Below, piece by piece: positions 24,352 to 31,623 of a stretch of DNA of 32,000 nt. Made by a program: the position numbers and the translations under genes. This DNA is from Candidatus Scalindua sp. (GTDB lineage Bacteria > Planctomycetota > Brocadiia > Brocadiales > Scalinduaceae), in assembly GCA_031316235.1 (NCBI GenBank), contig JALDRA010000001.1:1140001-1172000 (forward strand), read 5' to 3'. Each line of letters begins with the position of its first letter. Position 1 is the stretch's first letter. The notes below the pieces were generated by a model. The model saw only the letters and a list, made by a program, of their open reading frames with translations. It did no database searches and was not told where the DNA came from.

Positions 24352-25239
24352 ATGTTTGGCAAAAAAAATATAACAATTTTTGTCCTGTTAATTCTATTAT
24401 TTTCCATAGGATGCACTAGCATTCCAGTTAAGAAGTATGAGTTACTAACTAAATCAAGCCAAAGCATAATGAATGGTACGACGGAGACATATAATCGTAT
24501 CGAAAAACTTCAACACATCTTTTCCATTGAAACGGCTGATGATGGACAAATTGATGCAAATACTTTTCAACCCAAAATTGAGATTGAAGAGTGGAAGTTC
24601 GAGTCTTTTGATCTTACACCAGAACTTCGATTTAGAGAGACGGCATTAGAAGTGTTGGTGAAATACTCTCTTGTGTTGGAAGCTTTTACCAAGGAGGATT
24701 TCCAGGGAGAAGTTAATAAAGCGTCTATTGAATTGGCGGGAAGTTTGAAATCACTTGCCGAGACTACAGCACCTAATGATGCGAGCAAAACTCAAGCTGT
24801 CAGTGTTCTTGCAACATTAGTTAATGTAATTGGTACTCAAATCGTCGTGCATAAACAAAAAGAAGCATTAAAAAATGTTATGGACCTAGCTCAAAACGAT
24901 CTCAATGTTTTAGCGACATTAATTAATGGGAGTAATGGTAAATTGAAACAGGCTGTTGGCATACATCTGGACAGAATTATTAGACACAGAAACACAAGAC
25001 GACCACCTGTTAATTCTATTGAACGTTATAACTTTGATCTGGCGGTTTCTAACCTAATCAGTGAAGGAATAGAAGTTAAGGATGCACTTGACACACTTAG
25101 TAACGCAGTAAAAGAATATTCTTTAGCCCATCAAGAAATCAGACAAAAACTTGATGTAAGTGGCACCAGTATAGAAGCATTAACTGCACTCATTAGCGAA
25201 GCACAGCGTATTAATAAATTTTATAGAAGTGTTAAGTAA
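24352..25239 (+). CDS. Lipoprotein of unknown function, predicted all-helical
   Basis: Signal peptide plus lipobox LFSIGC. No family recognised. Confidence 0.7.
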   Translation: MFGKKNITIFVLLILLFSIGCTSIPVKKYELLTKSSQSIMNGTTETYNRIEKLQHIFSIETADDGQIDANTFQPKIEIEEWKFESFDLTPELRFRETALEVLVKYSLVLEAFTKEDFQGEVNKASIELAGSLKSLAETTAPNDASKTQAVSVLATLVNVIGTQIVVHKQKEALKNVMDLAQNDLNVLATLINGSNGKLKQAVGIHLDRIIRHRNTRRPPVNSIERYNFDLAVSNLISEGIEVKDALDTLSNAVKEYSLAHQEIRQKLDVSGTSIEALTALISEAQRINKFYRSVK

Positions 25240-25265
25240 TTTTTCTAGAAAAGGAGAGAATTATC

Positions 25266-25580
25266 ATGAGTCATGAATTATGTGAAAAAATTGGGGGGTT
25301 AGCTTCTCGTGTAAATAACGCAGCCGTACACTCTACTGGTTCTGAAAGTAGGCAATTGCTTGAGATTCAAGATCGGTTTGCTAAGCTACAGCTTGTTGCT
25401 ATTGTTAAGGATCTTCAGGCAGAACATAATGATTATAAGGCGGCAGTCAAAGGTCTTAATGAAGCTATTGATTTTATTGGTGATGCTACAGAGAAAATTA
25501 ACAATGTTGCCAAAGCAATTAAACTTACAGCCAAAGCAGCTGAACTTGTAGAAAAAGCAATTAAGAGTGCCGCAGCATAA
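25266..25580 (+). CDS. Small helical protein (104 aa), unknown function
   Basis: AAGGAGAG RBS, starting 26 nt after the lipoprotein gene. Ala/Lys-rich helical C-terminus. Confidence 0.6.
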   Translation: MSHELCEKIGGLASRVNNAAVHSTGSESRQLLEIQDRFAKLQLVAIVKDLQAEHNDYKAAVKGLNEAIDFIGDATEKINNVAKAIKLTAKAAELVEKAIKSAAA

Positions 25581-25627
25581 AACATAGCAATCGTAGCAAT
25601 CAATCCAATCGGAGGTCCCCCGATTCG

Positions 25628-25678
25628 AAATTTCACTTGAAAATTGCTTCAAAGTACTATAACCATGACTATGATATT
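25628..25678 (+). repeat. Rep4 copy 2, followed by core-like GTTAGGA at 25684-25690
   Basis: Near-identical to 480-531. Confidence 0.6.
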
Positions 25679-25797
25679 TAACTGTTAGGATTTCGAAAAT
25701 TATCAAACAGATCATAAATCATTGACTCAAAGCTATACATATAATCTATTCACGATGGTGAACCATATTCTCAACCCACCTTTAAGGAGAAAACAAA

Positions 25798-26580
25798 ATG
25801 GCTGCTGATAAAACCCAGCAACAGGAAGAGAATGCGAGAAGTAAAATTGGGCGTCATATTGTTTATTTCGCTCTCGCAATAATCGGGATACTAGGTATTT
25901 CTGCATTAATTGTTATATGGCGAGCAGAGGCTACTAGCCTGGAAAAGCGCTTATCTGCGGTAAAAGACATACTTTCCATTCTTTTGCCAGTAGTGGGTAC
26001 CTGGGTTGGTACTGTCCTAGCCTTTTATTTTTCAAAAGAAAATTTTGCCACTGCAGCACAGCAAACTTCCGATTTAGTTCGTCAACTCACTCCTGAAGAG
26101 AAGCTGAAATCTATTAAAGCAAAAAGTGTATGGATATCGATGACTAATAAAAAGACCGTCTCTCTAACTCTTGATAAAGAAGAAAAAGAAATACATCTTA
26201 AAAAAGATATCCTTGACTTACTAACAAAAACCAATAGAAATAGACTGCCAATAGTTACCGCTTCAGGAAATGTAAAGTACTTGATACACCGAAGTATTAT
26301 AGATAAATTTATTTCTGAACAAGCGATTTCAGGAAAACTTTCAGATGAGAAAACAGCAGCGAAATTAACCTTGGAAGAATTCCTTCAGGAGGGTACTTAT
26401 AAACAAATTTCCCAGTCATTTGGTATCGTAAATATAGATGCAAGCCTAATTGATGTTAAAGCACAGATGGATTCAATCGATAATTGCTCAGACGTTTTTG
26501 CGACAGAAGATGGTACAAAAAATGGTAATGCATCGGGTTGGGTGACTAATGGAATCTTACAAGAACATTCAAAAGTCTAA
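25798..26580 (+). CDS. Membrane protein: two N-terminal TM helices plus a C-terminal CBS-pair-like region
   Basis: TM helices HIVYFALAIIGILGISALIVIW and ILSILLPVVGTWVGTVLAFYF. Two CBS-like units (...NRNRLPIVTASGNVKYLIHRSIIDKF and ...NCSDVFATEDGTKNGNASGWVTNGILQE). Confidence 0.6.
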   Translation: MAADKTQQQEENARSKIGRHIVYFALAIIGILGISALIVIWRAEATSLEKRLSAVKDILSILLPVVGTWVGTVLAFYFSKENFATAAQQTSDLVRQLTPEEKLKSIKAKSVWISMTNKKTVSLTLDKEEKEIHLKKDILDLLTKTNRNRLPIVTASGNVKYLIHRSIIDKFISEQAISGKLSDEKTAAKLTLEEFLQEGTYKQISQSFGIVNIDASLIDVKAQMDSIDNCSDVFATEDGTKNGNASGWVTNGILQEHSKV

Positions 26581-26585
26581 ATATG

Positions 26586-26608
26586 GCCTAACGCCGAAGA
26601 GTAGGAGG
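26586..26608 (+). repeat. attC 5' remnant
   Basis: GCCTAACGCC parallels GTCTAACGCC at 4165, and CGCCGAAGA is shared with 14491. No 3' half follows. Confidence 0.4.
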
Positions 26609-26720
26609 TATACTCATCTCATAATGGTTTTCGGATAAAATCCGAGATAAAATTGAGCGAGTATACCTTCACCAAGATTTGGTTTCCGGTAAAACCGAAA
26701 ACCAAATCGGTTTTAGTATA
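26609..26720 (+). mobile_element. MITE-1, short form (112 bp)
   Basis: A full copy lying between the attC remnant and the start-less TIR reading frame. Confidence 0.75.
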
Positions 26721-26779
26721 TTACCAGGGAAGGAAATTTTGATATAGCATTCTCTTTTGCTGGTGAACAGCGAGAATAT

Positions 26780-27652
26780 GTGGAAGCTACCTATACAAAA
26801 TTAAAACAACTCGGTATCTCCGTCTTCTACGACGCATCACAAGTTGCCGATCTTTTGGGTAAGAATTTATACGAATATTTGAGCGATGTTTACCAAAACC
26901 AAGCTAAATATTGTGTAGTTTTCTTATCAAAGGAGTACGCAAATAAGTTGTGGACTAAGCACGAACTAAAGAGTATGCAGGCTCGGGCTTTCCAAGAGTC
27001 AAGAGAGTATATATTACCTGCCCGTTTTGACGACACAGAAATTCCTGGTTTACTTCCTGCTATTGCTTATATAGATCTTAACGAATATGCCCCTGGTAAA
27101 TTTGCTGAATTAATTGCAGATAAAGTCAAAGATCGAGATATGGGACAGGAACCAATCATTAATCCAGAACTCGAAGTAAATTTAACAGATGTTGTCATAT
27201 GGGCTCAAGAATATTTAAGGCCCCAATCGTTAGATCTTTCAGATGCTGTTGCTGAGTCTGTTCGTACATCTTTTCGAGAAGCTGGAATCCAACCAGAACG
27301 CCAACATTTAATTCCATACATTCGGAATCCGAGAGCCGAATACCGTGTTGTTGGCTATTTTGCATTCCAAATTGATCCAATAAAGGAAATGGTTCTGGAC
27401 TTGATTAATGGTCTAAGCCACGAACGAGTGGAGGCAACCGAACGAAAAGAGACCAGGCCACTCTGGCAACTTTTAGTCTGCTTTACATATCTCATGCAGC
27501 ATCAGACCCCTCCTGCGGATCGCGACTTGATCAAGAAGGCTCTTAAAGATTTTATAGAGTTCATGCAGAATGATTCTGCTATAGATCCAGGTGGGGAATG
27601 CCGGGCACGTATTGAAATGATAACAGGGGAACGCTGGCTATTCACTGCATGA
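26780..27652 (+). CDS. TIR-domain protein with an unknown C-terminal domain; 5' end apparently lost
   Basis: The frame is open from 26717 (YITREGNFDIAFSFAGEQREYVEAT...), so the TIR betaA motif FDIAFSFAGE lies upstream of the first canonical start (GTG at 26780). Also YCVVFLSKEYANKLWTKHELKS and ILPARFDDTEIPG. Confidence 0.7.
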   Translation: MEATYTKLKQLGISVFYDASQVADLLGKNLYEYLSDVYQNQAKYCVVFLSKEYANKLWTKHELKSMQARAFQESREYILPARFDDTEIPGLLPAIAYIDLNEYAPGKFAELIADKVKDRDMGQEPIINPELEVNLTDVVIWAQEYLRPQSLDLSDAVAESVRTSFREAGIQPERQHLIPYIRNPRAEYRVVGYFAFQIDPIKEMVLDLINGLSHERVEATERKETRPLWQLLVCFTYLMQHQTPPADRDLIKKALKDFIEFMQNDSAIDPGGECRARIEMITGERWLFTA

Positions 27653-27663
27653 AATATGAAAGC

Positions 27664-27788
27664 GCATAACAATTGCACGAAACCAACCACCAGATTATAT
27701 GCAGTTTAATATTTATTGAAGCCACCGTTTCACTGTTCTCCTGCATGAATAGCGTACCGGTGGTGGTTACTTATGTGTAGCGCTAGGT
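27664..27788 (+). repeat. attC-like site, family 1 copy D
   Basis: 5' box GCATAAC (27664-27670). The 3' box position reads GCTAGGT (27782-27788). Confidence 0.6.
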
Positions 27789-27843
27789 GAAAAAGTAATA
27801 ATAACACTTGAAATTATTAACGAGATGCAATACTATCTAATGA

Positions 27844-28312
27844 ATGATTAAAAACTTTGTTTACAAAAGAACAGAGAAAATATTCAACTGTCGAATACCA
27901 CTTAAACTTCCACGGAATATACAAAAAACTGCCCGAAGAAAACTTGAAATACTCGAAGCTGCTGAAATGCTGGCTGATTTACGTATACCACCAGATAATC
28001 ACCTTGAAAGACTACCGAAAGACAGGAAGGGGCAATAGAGTATCGGTATTGATGATGAATGGCATATACTAAAACCGATTTGGTTTTCAGTTTTACTGGA
28101 AAACAAATCTTGGTGAAGGTATACTCGCTCAATTTTATCTCGGATTTTATCCGAAAACCATTATGAGATGAGTATTTATGTTTTGAATGGCGTAGAGGAG
28201 ATGCTTACAACGTAGAAATAGTAGATTACCATCAGGAGGCACGTATGGCAAAAAAGATAGATTAAAGAATCGACTAGATCAAGAAGTACACGTTTACACT
28301 TCTGCAATGTGA
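27844..28312 (+). pseudogene. Decayed higB-higA paralogue
   Basis: Collinear with 12721-13318. It has a TAT>TAG nonsense at 28036, a MITE inside the WRICFEW codons, and a lost higB stop. higA is reduced to MAKKID* by a ~230-bp deletion between AAAAAG repeats. Confidence 0.8.
28065..28175 (-). mobile_element. MITE-1, short form, inserted in the higB remnant
   Basis: TATACTAAAACCGATTTGG...GAGATGAGTA interrupts sequence that is contiguous in the intact copy at 12948-12960. Confidence 0.75.
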
Positions 28313-28333
28313 ACAATTATGCAGTGATTCTGC

Positions 28334-28453
28334 ACATAACCGCATGAAGCCACCCACCAAGCTCATTCATGATTCACTTTTAGCGAGGCTACTTCTAAAC
28401 CTCCCTTGCATGAATCATACACAGGCGATGGTTGCTTATGCGAAACATTATTA
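28334..28453 (+). repeat. attC-like site, family 1 copy E
   Basis: 5' box ACATAAC (28334-28340). CGCATGAAGC pairs with GCTTATGCG. The 3' box position reads ATTATTA (28447-28453). Confidence 0.6.
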
Positions 28454-28463
28454 GGATACCAGA

Positions 28464-29225
28464 ATGAAACCAAAAATAACAATAGCCACCACCCGGACCC
28501 CGGACGGAGGTGAGGTGGTGCTTTATCAGCACGATCGTGATTTCTCGATCGAGATCAACGGTCAGGATCTGATGAACAGCCGTCAGCATGAGTCCGAACT
28601 GGAACTGGCGCGACTGGGCTGTGCGCATCTGGTTGGCAGCAAGGCGCCAAGTGTACTCATCGGCGGCCTGGGCCTGGGTTATACCTTGCGGCAGACTCTC
28701 GATATGCTCAACCCCCACGCCCATGTGGTAGTGGCTGAACTGTTGAGTGCTGTAGTCGAATGGAATCGTGAGTTCCTCGGGGAACTCAACGGCCGGTCAC
28801 TGGGAGACGGACGGGTTGACGTCAAGACGGGCGATATCGTGGAGCTTATCTCCCGTTCCAGGAGCAGATTCGATGCGATCCTGCTGGATATCGATAATGG
28901 TCCCAGCCCCATGACCAATTCAGGGAACCGCCGTCTGTACGGTTATGAAGGAATTCTGGCCTGTCGCAACGCCCTGCGCAAACAGGGGTGCCTGGCTGTG
29001 TGGTCAGCTGAGCCGTGTAAGAAATTCGAGCAGCTCTTGATGGACTGCGGCTTCCATGTACGGCGTTTCCGGGTCCCCGCCTATAAGGGGAGGAAAGCAC
29101 AGTCACGTTTTGTATGGGTCGCTTCGGAGGACAAGAGTATCCTCCCCCCCGGTGGCGGCGAGCCGCACCTGCCGGTCAGATACGAGTCAAGGGGAGGCCG
29201 CAGACTGCCCCGGGAGATACACTAG
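28464..29225 (+). CDS. Spermidine-synthase-like SAM-dependent methyltransferase-fold protein
   Basis: VLIGGLGLGYTLR (GxGxG) and FDAILLDIDNGP. GC-rich. Confidence 0.65.
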   Translation: MKPKITIATTRTPDGGEVVLYQHDRDFSIEINGQDLMNSRQHESELELARLGCAHLVGSKAPSVLIGGLGLGYTLRQTLDMLNPHAHVVVAELLSAVVEWNREFLGELNGRSLGDGRVDVKTGDIVELISRSRSRFDAILLDIDNGPSPMTNSGNRRLYGYEGILACRNALRKQGCLAVWSAEPCKKFEQLLMDCGFHVRRFRVPAYKGRKAQSRFVWVASEDKSILPPGGGEPHLPVRYESRGGRRLPREIH

Positions 29226-29307
29226 CCTCGGACGTCTGGAGTGTCTGCTCCCCGGTACGGGGTATAGTCACAGTAAATGTAAATGTTGGGAGACATCATA
29301 AAACGAT

Positions 29308-29622
29308 ATGGCATTTCTTGCGGAGCTGAAACAACGAACACGTCATCTCAAGTCAGAGAGCTTTGCTCTTTTCCTTGCTGCGCGTGACCCGGGAACACCA
29401 TGGTATGCAAAACTCCTTGTGGCCGGCATCGTCGCCTATGCCTTCAGCCCCATTGATTTGATCCCGGACTTTGTACCGGTTCTCGGCTACCTGGATGATC
29501 TCATCCTGATTCCAACCGGTATTGCCCTGGCTATCAAACTGGTCCCTCATTCCGTTTTAGCCGAGTGCCGGGCACGGGCGCAGGACACTCTACAGAATGG
29601 AAATACTAAACCAGCTATTTAA
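29308..29622 (+). CDS. DUF1232 (YkvA-like) membrane protein
   Basis: YAFSPIDLIPDFVPVLGYLDDLILI is the DUF1232 signature. Confidence 0.7.
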   Translation: MAFLAELKQRTRHLKSESFALFLAARDPGTPWYAKLLVAGIVAYAFSPIDLIPDFVPVLGYLDDLILIPTGIALAIKLVPHSVLAECRARAQDTLQNGNTKPAI

Positions 29623-29884
29623 GAATAAATACTTTTTACCATCATTGCAATCCGCAACACTTTTTGCATTCATACTTCTTATTTACGGGGCAATTGGTGT
29701 AACGACACATGATAAAGATTTTGCCCTGGTACTGCGGAATACAAACGTATCAAATCTTATCGTATGGTCATATTGGTGGCCATTAATAATTTTAACGGCA
29801 ATACTTCTTTTTTTGATTATACCGACCCTGTTTTATTCGTTGTTTGTGATATTAAGGCGCTTATCTCTCAATGAAGTAGAATAA
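29597..29884 (+). CDS. Hypothetical membrane protein (95 aa)
   Basis: ORF track. It has three hydrophobic segments, is AT-rich, and overlaps the previous ORF by 26 nt. Confidence 0.35.
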   Translation: MEILNQLFKNKYFLPSLQSATLFAFILLIYGAIGVTTHDKDFALVLRNTNVSNLIVWSYWWPLIILTAILLFLIIPTLFYSLFVILRRLSLNEVE

Positions 29885-29948
29885 CGCGGTACTCTGTCTC
29901 CTAAAATGACAGACTCCGGTCCGGTCGGAAGAGGACCAAACCGTGCCA

Positions 29949-30926
29949 TTAACCAACACGGTACCACTTCTTGACAGCAGCAAAAAGCTCGTCTCTGTTC
30001 CTTGAGTTTATAAGGGCTGCCTGGACCTGTTTCTTCTCTGGATGACGCTTGCTGTACCCCACTGCAAATTTACGGAAATACCGTACGCTCTTTAGCATCG
30101 GGCGAATTTCCGCAATCAGCTCATAGTGTGTCAGTAATACTTCTCCCTGTTCCGCCAGGCTTGGTCCTTCCGGTTTCGGCCTGCCTTCCCACAATGCACG
30201 TGCCTCTTTGAATATCCAGGGATTGCCGATAGCGCCTCTTGCTATGATCACCCCGTCAAGCCCGCTCGTCTTCAGTCGCGTAATTACGGTCTCAGCATCC
30301 ATTACGTCACCGCTGCCGATAATGGTTGCCTGGGGAAGCTGCCGTTTCACCTCTGACAGTAACTCCCAATCACCCATGTCCCGGTACATGTTTTTAACCG
30401 ACCTGCCGTGGATGACGATCCCGTCAACTCCTTCGGCAACCGCTCCCTGGCAAATCTTCCAGAACCTGTCAAGCGACTCCTGGCTGCTGTCAAATCCCGT
30501 GCGTAATTTTATGGTGAGAGGACAGGAAACGGCATTTCTTACGGCTTGAATAATTTTGATCACGGAATCGGGCTCCTTCTGCAGGTATCCGCCACGGTGG
30601 CGCCTGAGAACCTTTGGAGCCGGGCAGGCAAAATTCAGATCAATCAGATCAAAACCAACATTGACAAATGATGCAGCTGCACCCGCCATCGTTTCAGGAT
30701 TTGCACCGAGGATTTGGGCACCGACGGGACTCTCATCGGCTCCGGGCCGGAAAAACAGTTTGCGGGAGGCTTTCTCATGCAGGGCGATCATGTCGAGGAG
30801 AACTCCCGTATAGGTAAGGGGCGCACCATATCTGCGGGCCAATAAGCGCATCGCCCGGTCTGTATACCCACTTAAGGGTGCCTGGTAAAATGGTACTTCA
30901 AGGTTAAGGTTACCCAGTTTCAACAT
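29949..30926 (-). CDS. dus: tRNA-dihydrouridine synthase
   Basis: APLSGYTDRAMRLL, DLNFACPAPKV, IHGRS and GAIGNPWIF fit the Dus family. Confidence 0.85.
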   Translation of the reverse strand: MLKLGNLNLEVPFYQAPLSGYTDRAMRLLARRYGAPLTYTGVLLDMIALHEKASRKLFFRPGADESPVGAQILGANPETMAGAAASFVNVGFDLIDLNFACPAPKVLRRHRGGYLQKEPDSVIKIIQAVRNAVSCPLTIKLRTGFDSSQESLDRFWKICQGAVAEGVDGIVIHGRSVKNMYRDMGDWELLSEVKRQLPQATIIGSGDVMDAETVITRLKTSGLDGVIIARGAIGNPWIFKEARALWEGRPKPEGPSLAEQGEVLLTHYELIAEIRPMLKSVRYFRKFAVGYSKRHPEKKQVQAALINSRNRDELFAAVKKWYRVG

Positions 30927-30978
30927 TATTCACCGCTTTCTTTTTTGTGCTTGAACGGAAATGCTCTGGTTCGGCTAC

Positions 30979-31090
30979 TATACTAAAACCGATTTGGTTT
31001 TCGGTTTTTCTGGAAACCAAATCTTGGTGAAGGCATACTCGCTCCATATTATCTCGGATTTTATCCGAAAACCAGTATGAGATAAGTATA
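30979..31090 (-). mobile_element. MITE-1, short form
   Basis: A full copy just upstream of dus, outside the cassette array. Confidence 0.75.
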
Positions 31091-31488
31091 TTTATTCTGA
31101 TATCTGTAAATATCCTATTGTAAAACAAATTTGGCTTTAGCGCAATCGATCAGTGAAAATAAAGCTGTCACCTGAACAAAGTAAGACAACGTGTAACGTG
31201 TCTGCCCGCCTGTCCAATCAGTTCGGGCAGGAACTATGAATCAAGGAAAAATAAACAGTGTAATAAAAATTGTTATCATGGTAGCTGGTGCAGTCCCCAC
31301 ATTCTCTTCCCGCTTTACCTCGTATTCCTCCGGCCTGTGATACCTATAGCCTCTAGAATCCCTTGTACCACAACACCAGATGACTAACATAACAAAAAAA
31401 AATTGCTTGATTTGATTACAGGGTTTGGATAGTGTAATTTCGCTTCTCATATTCTCCTGACAAGTAAGATAAGTGAGAAGTTATTCGT

Positions 31489-31605
31489 TATACTCAACTT
31501 ACAATACTTTTCGGATACAATCCAAGAAAAGCGGAGCGGGTATACCAGCAATCAGGCTCTGGTTTTTAGAAAAAATTCTAAAATCAGATCGGTTTGATTA
31601 TATAC
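31489..31605 (+). mobile_element. Diverged MITE-1-like copy
   Basis: TATACTCAACTTACAATACTTTTCGGATACAATCC...GATCGGTTTGATTATATA. About two-thirds identical by eye to the 112-bp form. Confidence 0.4.
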
Positions 31606-31623
31606 AAAAATATCGAAGAATAA

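Noticed and set aside
908-28453. A CRISPR array as the explanation for the recurring repeats
   Set aside because: The repeats are 112-139 bp long, internally palindromic and irregularly spaced (0.5-5 kb), with whole genes between them. No short 25-40 bp direct repeats with regular spacers were seen.
31241-31450. The 69-aa minus-strand ORF upstream of the SSF transporter
   Set aside because: It has no RBS or family resemblance, sits in an AT-rich intergenic region next to MITE copies, and runs in the opposite direction to the transporter.
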